A DNA stretch of 61,672 bases from a virus: IMG/VR virus record IMGVR_UViG_3300016667_000429, positions 1 to 61,672 of that record, one strand, 5' to 3'. Under the pieces are notes generated by a model. The model was given only the letters and a program-made list of their open reading frames with translations. It ran no database searches and had not been told where the DNA came from. A program made the translations under genes and the position numbers. Each line of letters starts with the position of its first letter. Positions within the stretch are counted from its first letter, which is position 1. Positions 1 to 9,525 of the stretch are shown here, one piece after another.

Positions 1-22
1 CTACGTCGCCTACCTATTCGCC
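1..22. repeat. 22-bp terminal overlap identical to 61651..61672 (circular closure of the contig)
   Basis: ctacgtcgcctacctattcgcc occurs at both window ends. Removing one copy keeps the flanking ORF in frame. Confidence 0.9.
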
Positions 23-1300
23 CACAACGCAGGCGGCTTCGGCGCGACGGGCAATGACAATGTGATTAGCTGTGGGTCGTTTACAGGCACTAACTATTCA
101 GATGGCAGTGTCGTCAATCTTGGATATGAGCCGCAGTGGCTTTTGGTTAAAAACGCCTCGGTTGCAGGTACGGGCTGGGTGATTGTTGACAATATGCGGG
201 GGCTTCCTGCCCCGGGGGCAAACAGCAGCTACCTTGAACCTAACACAACCGCCGCCGAGCAGTCAGATTCTGGGTACTACAAAATAACCTCCACAGGTTT
301 TCAGGGGTCAATCGCTACAGGTGGCCCTAACACATTCATCTACATCGCCATCCGTCGCCCGATGAAGCCGCCGACCAGTGGGACGAGCGTGTTTAGCCCA
401 GTAGCTTACACAGGTACAGGCTCAAATAATACTGTTGCTGCCGGATTCGCAACCGATATGGTAATCGAAGGAAACCGTACTTCTGCTTCCGCAGGGCAAA
501 AGTTTGGCGCATGGGATCGTATGCGCTCGGTGAACTTCCTAAACACAACCACCACTGCCGCTGAAGTGGCAGCAACTACCTCGACCATCCAAGCAAACCC
601 GTGGGACAGCATGACCGGGATAAAAGTAGCTGGTACGTCCGCATTGACCAACGCTTCAGGGGTTACGTTTGCATACTGGATGTTTAAGCGCGCCCCCGGC
701 TTCTTTGATGAGGTCTGCTACACCGGCAACGGAACTACGCTGAGTGTCACACATGGCTTGGGTGTTGTCCCACAGTTAATTATCGTCAAGTCACGTTCTA
801 ATGCGCTGAACTGGTACGTGTACCAAGAAAACGAAGGTTCAGGAAAAGCGATTGCTCTTAACTCAACATCTGCGTCATTTACATCAACCGCTTGGGATAA
901 CACATCGCCAACTAATACTGCGTTTATTGTAAGCTCGGCAAACGTAAACACTAATAACGCGACGTATGTAGCCTATTTATTCGCCACCCTGCCCGGCATC
1001 AGCAAAGTCGGCAGATATACCGGCAACGGCTCATCACAGACCATCGACTGCGGGTTTGCAGCGGGTGCGCGATTCTTCCTAGTCAAAGCCACTTCGACCA
1101 CGGGTTCGTGGTGGGTCTATGACAGCGCAAGGGGGATCGTTGCTGCGGCTGATCCGGCATTGCAGTTGAACTCAACAGCGGCTGAAGTCACCAGCGCAGA
1201 TGCTGTAGACCCAACTGCGACCGGCATTATCGTCAACCAAGAAGCTACCTGTTCGATCAATGCGAGCGGGGTCAGTTACATCTTCCTAGCAATTGCGTAA
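2..1300 (+). CDS. tail fibre / receptor-binding protein, C-terminal part of the junction-spanning gene that starts at 60971
   Basis: The frame is open from the window start. Position 2 is in frame with the ORF left open at 61672 once the overlap is collapsed (659 aa in total). Tandem beta-rich modules (YTGNG...W.V.D..RG...NTTAAE...YVAYLFA). The Met at 62 in the ORF track is only the first in-window Met. Confidence 0.75.
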   Translation, partial: YVAYLFAHNAGGFGATGNDNVISCGSFTGTNYSDGSVVNLGYEPQWLLVKNASVAGTGWVIVDNMRGLPAPGANSSYLEPNTTAAEQSDSGYYKITSTGFQGSIATGGPNTFIYIAIRRPMKPPTSGTSVFSPVAYTGTGSNNTVAAGFATDMVIEGNRTSASAGQKFGAWDRMRSVNFLNTTTTAAEVAATTSTIQANPWDSMTGIKVAGTSALTNASGVTFAYWMFKRAPGFFDEVCYTGNGTTLSVTHGLGVVPQLIIVKSRSNALNWYVYQENEGSGKAIALNSTSASFTSTAWDNTSPTNTAFIVSSANVNTNNATYVAYLFATLPGISKVGRYTGNGSSQTIDCGFAAGARFFLVKATSTTGSWWVYDSARGIVAAADPALQLNSTAAEVTSADAVDPTATGIIVNQEATCSINASGVSYIFLAIA

Positions 1301-1309
1301 GGAATAACT

Positions 1310-1792
1310 ATGGAAATCCGAATCAGAAAAACTGGTGCAGTAGTTACAGAGCATGAATTCCGCTCCATGTATCCGACTACTTCGTTCCCGCCGATCCTGA
1401 CTGTTGAACTGCTCGACAGTTTCGATGCTGACCCGGTACTGGAAGGGGCGCAAGCAACGCCTACTACCCCATATCAATTCTCAATGCGTCAAGGCGTAGA
1501 GGAAGTTGGCGGGCAGTGGTTCACTAAATATGTTCTCGGCCCAATCTTCACTGAAACCGAAGAAGCCACAGCAGCCGAGCAGGAAGCTGCTTACAAGGCG
1601 CAAAAAGATACTGAACAAGCCACGTCTGTACGCGCTGACCGCAATCGTAAAATTGCCGAATCAGACTGGACTCAACTGCCTGACAGCCCCGTTGATAAGG
1701 CGGCGTGGGCAGCGTATCGACAAGCCCTGCGTGATTTGACTGCGCAAGCGGGGTTTCCGTGGAAAGTAAATTGGCCGGAAATGCCGAAGTGA
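1310..1792 (+). CDS. tail fibre assembly / chaperone-like protein
   Basis: Starts 10 nt after the fibre gene. The C-terminal DWTQLPDSPVDKAAWAAYRQALRDLT...WP motif resembles tail-fibre assembly proteins. Lies in the same lower-GC patch as the fibre gene. Confidence 0.6.
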   Translation: MEIRIRKTGAVVTEHEFRSMYPTTSFPPILTVELLDSFDADPVLEGAQATPTTPYQFSMRQGVEEVGGQWFTKYVLGPIFTETEEATAAEQEAAYKAQKDTEQATSVRADRNRKIAESDWTQLPDSPVDKAAWAAYRQALRDLTAQAGFPWKVNWPEMPK

Positions 1793-1802
1793 GGACAACG
1801 CA

Positions 1803-2129
1803 ATGACCACCTACACGTGGAAGATAGAGCGCCTGGACGCCTATCCGTCGTATGAGGGAGTCAGCAACGCCGTATACAACATGCACTGGCGGCTGCTGGC
1901 CGAGGATGGTCTTGGACACCGCGCCGAATGCTACGGCACGCAAGCGGCAGGCCCGATCGACGCCGAGGATTTCACGGCGTATGAGGATCTGACAAAGGCG
2001 CAAGTCATCGGCTGGCTTGAAGCGGCGATGGGGCAGGGGATGATTGACGAGCTGAAAGCTGGGCTGGACGGTCAGATCAGCAAGTTGGCCAACCCGACGA
2101 CTGCAATGCTTGCGGTGCCGTGGGAATGA
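1803..2129 (+). CDS. hypothetical protein (virion module)
   Basis: 108-aa ORF with GC-rich third codon positions, tightly packed in the structural operon. Confidence 0.6.
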   Translation: MTTYTWKIERLDAYPSYEGVSNAVYNMHWRLLAEDGLGHRAECYGTQAAGPIDAEDFTAYEDLTKAQVIGWLEAAMGQGMIDELKAGLDGQISKLANPTTAMLAVPWE

Positions 2130-2156
2130 AATTGACTTGAGAAGTGAGAATAGCTG

Positions 2157-4124
2157 ATGGCCGGATTCAAACTTAACGCATTCTCAGGCATTCGCCCCCG
2201 CGTGCCTGAATCTTTGCTGTCGGAGCGCGAGGCGACGACGGCGCAAAACTGCGACTTCGCTTACGGCGAGCTGCGCAACACCAAAGCCGGCTATCAGTTG
2301 TTCGTCATGCAAAACACGCCACGCGGCCTGTACACCGACGATGGCCTGACGTTCTACTCCTGGGCAACCGATGTCAACGCCGTGCGATCGCCCATCGTCA
2401 ACGACACCTTCAATCGACTGTATTACACGGGCGATGGCGCAATGAAAGTTGCCAACCGACTCGGCACACGACCCAACGGCGGCGTACCTAGCACAAGCTA
2501 TCAGGTTGGCGTTCCGCGCCCAACCGTCAAGCCGGTCATTGCGGTTCAAGAAGCTGCCGATGTGACCAGCAGCAACGCAACCATCACGTTCAAGTTTCAC
2601 TACGAGTACGGCGGCGTTAAATATCAGGAGCAAAGCGTTTCGCCGTCAGTCGTCAACAACAAGCAATACCAGTTCACCCCACCGGCAAAAGAAACGGAGA
2701 CACCGGAAACGGCGTTCCCGGTGCTGCGCATGACGGCCAAGTGGATAGCCGACGGCGCACAAGTTTTCGATCTCTACACCGAGAACTCGTCCTTTGATAG
2801 CACGGGCGGCTTGTATTCGCTCGACATGAAGAAGGACACAAGTGGCGACACGTACACCGCTACGCTGACGACCGGCATTAAAGAAGAAGATAAGGAAACG
2901 CGCGCCTACATTTACACCTACGTCAACACGTACAACGAGGAAGGCCCGCCCAGCAGCCCGGAGCTGGTGACGACCTCGCCGGAGCTTGGATGCACGATCA
3001 CGGTAAGAAAGGACGCGATTGGCAGCTATGCCCCAATCAAGGAAATTCGGATCTACCGCACCCCTACCGGATCGACCATTGCAAACTATTTCTACGTTGG
3101 CACGATTGCGGCGGCGGGCAGCTCGACCAGTTTCTCATTCACCGATAACGTCAAAGCGGAATACCTGAATGAGCCACTGTCCTCGCTCAACTACTACCCG
3201 CCGGATGCCGCGCTTACCGGCTTGATGTCGCTCCCCAACGGCATCCTGTGCGCGTGGAAGGGCAACGAGCTGCATTTCTCCGAGGCGTACAAGCCGTGGG
3301 CGTGGCCACCGGCCTACGTCAAGCCAATCGAAAGCGCGATCGTCGGCGGTGTGGTTCACGGCTCCGGCGCGGTCATTACGACCCGCACGAAGCCTTACCT
3401 GCTATCTGGCGTATCGCCGGATTCAATGACGGCCACCAAGCTCAACGTCGATCAGGCGGGCGTGTCGAAGTGGTCGATCGCGGTGGTGGACGGAGTGGCC
3501 ATGTACGCCAGCAACGACGGCTTGGTGGTCATCAATGGAGCCAGCGGCAGCTTGTTGCAAAGCCAAAAGTTCTTCACGCGCGAAGTCTGGCGCGCTCGCA
3601 ACGCGGCTGGCTTGGCCAACATGCGCTTTGCAGTGTGGGATGGCAGGTTGGTGGTGTTTGCTTCAGACAACACCATCACGCCGTTCATGATCCGGGTGGA
3701 CGAAGCTGATGGCACGATGACCGATCTGCCGGAGCTGGTGGCGCAATGTGCTTTCGTCAGCCCGCTGGCCGATCAGTTTTACTACGCCACCGGAACGGCG
3801 CTGCTCCAGTTCAACGGCGGCGTAGAGCAAAGCGCGGTTTGGCAGTCGCGTGAGATGGTCAGCAACCGCCCGGTCAATTTTGGCGCGGCGCAGGCCGTGT
3901 ACACCGGCAACTGGACAATTGAGTTTTGGGCGTACCAGCAAGATCCGGCAACGGGAATATGGACTTACAACCTAGTCCACATGCAATCGCTTGCCGGCAA
4001 CATCACGACTTTCCGTTTGCCGTCAGGCTTTGAGTCCGACCGGCATCGCATCAAGATTAGCGGGTCTGGCCGATTCCGCGAGTTGCGCGTGGCGCAAACA
4101 GCAAGGGAGCTGGCATCGCTATGA
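2157..4124 (+). CDS. virion structural protein, tail-associated (function unknown)
   Basis: 655-aa ORF with ordinary protein-like composition. Antisense and alternative-frame ORFs here are Arg-rich artefacts. ATGA overlap with the next gene. Confidence 0.65.
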   Translation: MAGFKLNAFSGIRPRVPESLLSEREATTAQNCDFAYGELRNTKAGYQLFVMQNTPRGLYTDDGLTFYSWATDVNAVRSPIVNDTFNRLYYTGDGAMKVANRLGTRPNGGVPSTSYQVGVPRPTVKPVIAVQEAADVTSSNATITFKFHYEYGGVKYQEQSVSPSVVNNKQYQFTPPAKETETPETAFPVLRMTAKWIADGAQVFDLYTENSSFDSTGGLYSLDMKKDTSGDTYTATLTTGIKEEDKETRAYIYTYVNTYNEEGPPSSPELVTTSPELGCTITVRKDAIGSYAPIKEIRIYRTPTGSTIANYFYVGTIAAAGSSTSFSFTDNVKAEYLNEPLSSLNYYPPDAALTGLMSLPNGILCAWKGNELHFSEAYKPWAWPPAYVKPIESAIVGGVVHGSGAVITTRTKPYLLSGVSPDSMTATKLNVDQAGVSKWSIAVVDGVAMYASNDGLVVINGASGSLLQSQKFFTREVWRARNAAGLANMRFAVWDGRLVVFASDNTITPFMIRVDEADGTMTDLPELVAQCAFVSPLADQFYYATGTALLQFNGGVEQSAVWQSREMVSNRPVNFGAAQAVYTGNWTIEFWAYQQDPATGIWTYNLVHMQSLAGNITTFRLPSGFESDRHRIKISGSGRFRELRVAQTARELASL

Positions 4125-5038
4125 GCGCGACCAACAAGGGTATTCCTGGCATCCCCGATGCTGCGCTGGATTCTATTTCGGATGAAAACACCCGACTTGT
4201 CTTGCGCGCCCTTGTGGACGGTTGGAACGTGCGCAACGCCGCTTCCGGCTCCGGCGACTCGGCGTTCATCACCAAGGGCGAGATTGACGGTCTGACGGCG
4301 AGATCCGCACAGAAAGCCGTGGCCAATCTCGGCGGGATGCGCCTTGATCCGGGCGAGATCTCCCGCATGATGGACGATCTGCATTCGCAGGTTTTTGAGT
4401 CCAAACTGTTCAAGGATCTGGAGGAACGGGTTGATCTGATTGACAAGCCCGGTGGCATCTTTGACCGGGTGGGCGCAACCGAGTTGGCGCTGGTCAACGA
4501 AACGACGCAACGTATCACCGGGCAGACCGCGCTTTCGACGCAAATCACCGCGCTCGGCACGCGCATCGGCACGGCAGAGGCAGGGCTGATTGCGGAAACG
4601 ACCCAGCGGGTCAACGCCGACAACGCGCTGCAAACGACCATCAGCACGCAGTACGCACAGGTCAGCGAATCGCTGGCGCTGCAACAGTCGTCCATTGTCA
4701 CCAACGCCAATGCCGTTGCCGCGCTCACCACGCAGTACAACCAGATTCAAGCGTCGGTGGGCAACCTCTCGGCGGCGCTTGCCGTGGAGTCCGAGGTTCG
4801 CGCCAACGCTGACAACACGCTGTACGGCCAGTACACGCTGCGCATCGACATCAACGGTCGAGTGTCTGGATTCGGTCTTGCAGCAAGTCCGACTGTCTCC
4901 GACTTCATTGTGCGCGCCGATCGTTTTTCCATTGTCAGTCCCAACGGCAATCAGGCGGCGGTCATCATGTCCAACAACACCATCAACGTGTATGACGAAA
5001 ACGGCGCGTTGCGGGTCAGGATAGGGCGGCTGGCATGA
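4121..5038 (+). CDS. tail fibre / host-specificity-like protein (coiled-coil plus J-like C-terminal domain)
   Basis: ATGA coupling at both ends. Repeated TQR..A.NAL.T.IS segments. The C-terminal YTLRIDINGRVSGFGL...FIVRADRFSI resembles the C-terminal domain of lambda-J-type tip proteins (recalled, not searched). Confidence 0.55.
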   Translation: MSATNKGIPGIPDAALDSISDENTRLVLRALVDGWNVRNAASGSGDSAFITKGEIDGLTARSAQKAVANLGGMRLDPGEISRMMDDLHSQVFESKLFKDLEERVDLIDKPGGIFDRVGATELALVNETTQRITGQTALSTQITALGTRIGTAEAGLIAETTQRVNADNALQTTISTQYAQVSESLALQQSSIVTNANAVAALTTQYNQIQASVGNLSAALAVESEVRANADNTLYGQYTLRIDINGRVSGFGLAASPTVSDFIVRADRFSIVSPNGNQAAVIMSNNTINVYDENGALRVRIGRLA

Positions 5039-5316
5039 CGTTTGGCATGGGCGTCTACAAGGCGAGCGGCGCGCTCGTTTACTCGACCACCGACGTTACA
5101 TGGAATCAAGTCGATTACTTTCTGGTCGAGCGCAGCGAGTCGGTTGCCAAAGAGTTTCCTGTTCTTCAGGGGCGAGAGGTATTGGTCGCGCAAGTCATGA
5201 TCGACCCGCCGCCTATCAATCGAAAGGCGGTCGCGCCTACGGTCACGGTATCTGGCACGACGGTCACGGTATCCGGTGGATCTGAACGCGCTTTCATTCT
5301 GGTGCTGATGCGATGA
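5035..5316 (+). CDS. hypothetical protein
   Basis: 93-aa ORF with ATGA overlaps at both ends. Confidence 0.55.
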   Translation: MTFGMGVYKASGALVYSTTDVTWNQVDYFLVERSESVAKEFPVLQGREVLVAQVMIDPPPINRKAVAPTVTVSGTTVTVSGGSERAFILVLMR

Positions 5317-6230
5317 GTTGGGGATTTCTTGCGCTGAACAACAACAATCAGGTGCTGGTGTCATCCGACACCCGGAACCTGCATTTCATCGGCAAAGCGT
5401 TTCTTCAGGAAACGATCAAGACCGTCAATAGCTACGGCGGCATCCGGCAATGGCGCTTTCGCATCAATTGCGCTGTTACCCCCATGCCGTTCTTCAGTAT
5501 GCCGACGCAAGAGTATTACGCGGTATCGTCCATTACTCAGGTAAGTGTTGGTGTTTGGGACATCGAGATTATCCGGTCGGGAACGTCGGGCAACCTCGTA
5601 CCGGAGGTGTATGTCTTTGCCGATCCGCGCGCAGTGACGCCACGCGATACCAATTATGGAATGCAGGTGTTCCGCGACGACGGCACGCCGTCGTTCGACA
5701 GCCGGCTTCAGCCGTTGGTGGTCACGGGCGGCATCAGCGTCAACCCGCCAAGCAACCCAAAGCTGGCCAGCGTCACCGGCTTGAGTGCAAAGTATTGCGA
5801 ATCCACCAGTGCAGCCGGCGACAAGTTGGGATCGGACAATCGCAATACGTTCCCTGTCAATATCATCGGAACGAAGCCGATCTACTACTACCCATCGATC
5901 GCGCAGGCTCAGAGGCAATGGCAATTCTATGAAGCAGAACTTGAATGTGACGATTACGGGCTTTGCCTAATCACTGAGCGAAGCTATCAGTGGTACAGCC
6001 GGTATTGGGCTTTCTATCGCGGTGGCATTAGCCGTGTCGGGAGCTTCATCTTCTGCGGCTGGATTACGGTGGAGTACGGCTGCAATTGGGATTACCGCAA
6101 ATCCTCGTCCATTATCGGCATCGGCATTGGCGGTGATTCTGGGAATGGCGGCACTTGGCCGTACTCGAACGAAACGCTGAACTTAGATCCAACGGCTGTC
6201 ATCATCGCTGACGGCGCTCGATATGATTAA
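5313..6230 (+). CDS. hypothetical virion-module protein
   Basis: 305-aa ORF, translationally coupled to its neighbours. Confidence 0.6.
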   Translation: MSWGFLALNNNNQVLVSSDTRNLHFIGKAFLQETIKTVNSYGGIRQWRFRINCAVTPMPFFSMPTQEYYAVSSITQVSVGVWDIEIIRSGTSGNLVPEVYVFADPRAVTPRDTNYGMQVFRDDGTPSFDSRLQPLVVTGGISVNPPSNPKLASVTGLSAKYCESTSAAGDKLGSDNRNTFPVNIIGTKPIYYYPSIAQAQRQWQFYEAELECDDYGLCLITERSYQWYSRYWAFYRGGISRVGSFIFCGWITVEYGCNWDYRKSSSIIGIGIGGDSGNGGTWPYSNETLNLDPTAVIIADGARYD

Positions 6231-6432
6231 GCCATTCACCATTCTTGAAACACGCACGGAGGCCGATGGCAGCTTCGGCGTGTTCTATCGGGTTGAGCTT
6301 AGAGTAGTTGAGTCTGTCATGCCACGAAAGGTCGTTCTGAAGCAATTGGAGGGCTATGCGACCGTGCCAAAGGACGCCGACATCGATGCGTACATTTATC
6401 AGTATCTGAAAGACAGCGGGTGGGTGGAATGA
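6223..6432 (+). CDS. hypothetical protein
   Basis: 69-aa ORF overlapping the upstream gene by 8 nt. Confidence 0.5.
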   Translation: MIKPFTILETRTEADGSFGVFYRVELRVVESVMPRKVVLKQLEGYATVPKDADIDAYIYQYLKDSGWVE

Positions 6433-7070
6433 TCGAGCTGATGACATGCGGGGAATTGGAAAGGGTGGCGTATCGCAATGGCACGCCAGAGTTCGAGGAG
6501 CAGGCCAAGGCGCTCCGCGATCAGTTCGGCGCGCTGTCTACCGACAACTGGTTCTCGGTTTCCACGCCGCAATACAACGACATCTACGACGACGACATCG
6601 TTTCCATCGTCTATGTTGCCATCCCGACCTACCTGCACCATTTGGACATTGGCGCAGCCGGCAGGAAGTATTTTCTGCGCAACGGTTGGGTCTACGACAA
6701 GGTGTACCTGTTCATCCCCCCAGGCCAGCGCCCGCTGCCCCAGCCGGAGGGCGCGCGCGGCATGTACGTCGGGTATCTGGCCAACGTCTACGGCCAGCCT
6801 GGGGATGCCGACCTGACCCGTTATCGCTGCCTGTACTTCATGCACCCGGATCACGCCGCCGTCGAGGCGTGGGCGGGGCAGTCGCTGCCGCAGGGCAAGT
6901 ATTCGACGTTCTACTCGGCCACGTTCGATGCCGACGACGGCAACCGGCTGCTGCGCATGAAAACCTACACCTACGACGAGCAGGGCGAGCTGTTCTCGGA
7001 TTGGGATGTGACCTACCTGCGCCACTGCAAGCGGCGCGGGCTGGTGGATGCCCTGATCGAGTCGAATTGA
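6429..7070 (+). CDS. hypothetical protein
   Basis: The ATG at 6429 forms an ATGA overlap with the upstream stop. The GTG at 6420 is an alternative start. Confidence 0.6.
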   Translation: MIELMTCGELERVAYRNGTPEFEEQAKALRDQFGALSTDNWFSVSTPQYNDIYDDDIVSIVYVAIPTYLHHLDIGAAGRKYFLRNGWVYDKVYLFIPPGQRPLPQPEGARGMYVGYLANVYGQPGDADLTRYRCLYFMHPDHAAVEAWAGQSLPQGKYSTFYSATFDADDGNRLLRMKTYTYDEQGELFSDWDVTYLRHCKRRGLVDALIESN

Positions 7071-7657
7071 TGGTTCGAGGGCAGAATCAGGCCATGAAAA
7101 TTGGCCTCAGTACGTCCGTCGAAAACCTGATCTACGACCCGTTTCCGGGCGCGTCTACCGAGCTTGCAAAGATAGCAAGTCTGACGCACGACCAGCGGAT
7201 GGAGTTGCTGGAAGCCATGATGTTGTGCTGCGAACAGGTCGAGATTCCGCTTGAGCATGTGTTCGCGCCGGGGGTTTACATGCGCAAGGGCGTTATTCCA
7301 AAAGGCGCGTTTTTGATCGGACACACCCATCGAACAGAGCATCTGACTGCGGTATTCGCCGGCAAGGTGTCCGTTGTGATGGATGGAATTCGCACCGAAT
7401 TTGTAGGCCCGTGCGTGTTCAACTCAAAGCCAAACACGCGCAAACTGATTTACGCGCATGAGGATGCGGTGATGGCGAACATCCATCCAACAACGGAAAC
7501 TGATTTGAGTAGGCTGGAAGAAATGCTGATTGTTAAGAGTGAAACCAGTGTGATGTTCAAAAAGGGCATCAAAACTGATTTGATGCGATTGGCAGAATCA
7601 CTGGTCAACAGCGACTACTTTGCCGTCGCACAAGGAGAACTGATATGTGGGCAGTGA
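7070..7657 (+). CDS. hypothetical protein, possibly cupin-like beta-barrel
   Basis: The ATG at 7070 overlaps the upstream TGA (TGATG). The 6446..7069 upstream extension in the ORF track is Arg-rich and overlaps the previous gene. The beta-rich G.IPKGAFLIGHTH...HL segment is cupin-like (weak). Confidence 0.55.
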   Translation: MVRGQNQAMKIGLSTSVENLIYDPFPGASTELAKIASLTHDQRMELLEAMMLCCEQVEIPLEHVFAPGVYMRKGVIPKGAFLIGHTHRTEHLTAVFAGKVSVVMDGIRTEFVGPCVFNSKPNTRKLIYAHEDAVMANIHPTTETDLSRLEEMLIVKSETSVMFKKGIKTDLMRLAESLVNSDYFAVAQGELICGQ

Positions 7658-8355
7658 CCGCAGCAGTAGGTGGCGCTTTAGTTAGCGGCATATTTTCCGA
7701 ACGCGCATCGAGCCGCGCCGCCGCCGCCAGCCAAGGGCAATCGGACGCCGCCAAGCTGCAAGCACAGATCGCCGCCGAGCAGTGGGATCGGTACAAAGAA
7801 ATGTACAGCCCGCTCGAAGAAAAATACGTTCAGGACGCGCAGAACTACGACAGCCCGGAGCAATACTCGCGCGCGGCTGGCGAGGCGTCGGCTACGGTCG
7901 CCTCGCAGTTCTCCAAGGCGCGCGACCGTCTGACTCGCACCCCCGGCCTCGATCCGTCGTCGGGGGCGTATCAGTCGGGGTTGCTGGGCTTAGAGCTGGG
8001 GCAGGCCGCGTCCGATGCGACTGCGCAGAACGCGGCACGGCAACAGGTACGCGACACAGCCTACGCTCGCCAGACAAATGCGCTGAACTTGGGCAAGGGC
8101 TTGCCGGGGACGGCCATGAACGGCTTGTCCAACGCCAGCTCGACCATGGGCAGCATTGCCGGTCAGCAGTACCAGCTCGCCAATCAGCAGGCCAACGCGG
8201 GCGGTCAGTTCGTCAGCAACATTTTCAGCGCGGCCAAGAACAACGGCTGGCTCGGTGGTGGCGGCTACAACCATTCCGCTGCCGATCCGACCTACGGCGC
8301 GGGCGGCGGGCGCGGGCTGGACTTCTCCGAAAACATGCAGACCTACGGAATTTAA
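7645..8355 (+). CDS. internal virion protein candidate (Ala/Gly/Gln-rich)
   Basis: 236-aa ORF immediately upstream of the giant virion gene, with low-complexity A/G/Q-rich composition. Confidence 0.55.
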   Translation: MWAVTAAVGGALVSGIFSERASSRAAAASQGQSDAAKLQAQIAAEQWDRYKEMYSPLEEKYVQDAQNYDSPEQYSRAAGEASATVASQFSKARDRLTRTPGLDPSSGAYQSGLLGLELGQAASDATAQNAARQQVRDTAYARQTNALNLGKGLPGTAMNGLSNASSTMGSIAGQQYQLANQQANAGGQFVSNIFSAAKNNGWLGGGGYNHSAADPTYGAGGGRGLDFSENMQTYGI

Positions 8356-8367
8356 GGAGCGCCGACG

Positions 8368-9501
8368 ATGGATCTCGGACTAGCCATGGCGGGCGCAAAC
8401 GCCTTCTTCAAAGAGCAGCAAGCACAGGACATCCGTGACCGCGAGAAGCAACGCTACGAATGGGAAAAGCAGCGAGCCGAAGCGGAGATGTCAACGCTGC
8501 CCGACAAGACCGCCGCCGATCGCAGCGGCTATCAGCTTCGCTCCGGCCAGAACCAGCAGGGGATTGAACTGCTGCCGGGTGAAACCGCCAACAAAAAGAC
8601 CGAGCAGCAGATCAAGACGACCGAGCTGACGGGCCAGCAGAATCGCCTGCCGCAAACGGAAGAAACCAAGGACATCAACGCCGGCATGGGGCTGGCCACG
8701 GCCAAGGCCGAGCAGGAGATGCAGTCTGACGTTATCCAGCAGAAGAAGAACGTACAGACAATTGCCACAGCCGTTTCCAATCTCGATGTTGAGGAATTGC
8801 CGCGCACGCTCGCGCAAAAGCGCCTGCAAAACGAGATCAGCCAATCCGACTCCGATGTGATGATCGCGGCCAAGCTATCCGACCTGATCGACGCGGGCGA
8901 TACCAACAGTATTGTTCGCCTGCTGAACGCGCAGAAGAAAACTATTACCGATCCGAAGATTGCCGGCCTGCCGGATGTCGCGTCGGTCGCGCGCGCCAAG
9001 GACGCGAACGGCGTCGAGTATCTGGTGCTGAAGGATGCCGAAGGCAACCAGATCACCGCACGCCCGATCGAGGGCTACCGCGCGGCCAAGTCCAGCCTCG
9101 CCAAGATCGACTACAAGACAGTGGATGCTGGCGACTCGCTGGTGCGCGTGCAGGGCGGCAAGGTCACGCCGGTCTACACCGCGCCGGAAAGCGAAAAGAG
9201 CAAGGCCACGAAGGCGGGGCCGATGGAGCGCGATGTCAATTACCTGACCAGCACCTTCGGCATGTCGCAGGAGCAGGCGCTGGCTCACCTGAACTCGGCC
9301 AAGACCATGAGCCGTAGTCAGTTCGTACTCAAAAGCGTGCAGGATCTCATCTCCATCGATAAGCAGCCAACGCCAGAGCAGGAAAAAGCAATCGGGGAGG
9401 TTTACGATCGGATCGCCGGGGGCAAACCGCAAAGCTCGAATTCCAAGCCGGCTCCTAAAATGGCCAAGCCAGAGGTAAGGAGTGTCCTCGGCCTCGATTA
9501 A
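8368..9501 (+). CDS. internal virion protein candidate
   Basis: 377-aa ORF with a charged, coiled-coil-like N-terminal half. Position is the main evidence. Confidence 0.55.
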   Translation: MDLGLAMAGANAFFKEQQAQDIRDREKQRYEWEKQRAEAEMSTLPDKTAADRSGYQLRSGQNQQGIELLPGETANKKTEQQIKTTELTGQQNRLPQTEETKDINAGMGLATAKAEQEMQSDVIQQKKNVQTIATAVSNLDVEELPRTLAQKRLQNEISQSDSDVMIAAKLSDLIDAGDTNSIVRLLNAQKKTITDPKIAGLPDVASVARAKDANGVEYLVLKDAEGNQITARPIEGYRAAKSSLAKIDYKTVDAGDSLVRVQGGKVTPVYTAPESEKSKATKAGPMERDVNYLTSTFGMSQEQALAHLNSAKTMSRSQFVLKSVQDLISIDKQPTPEQEKAIGEVYDRIAGGKPQSSNSKPAPKMAKPEVRSVLGLD

Positions 9502-9525
9502 CACCCCCTGACAATTCGGCGCGCC

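Noticed and set aside
6446-7069. N-terminal 208 codons of track ORF 6446..7657
   Set aside because: This stretch is Arg-rich and fully overlaps the better-supported gene 6429..7070. The true start was placed at 7070 (TGATG junction).
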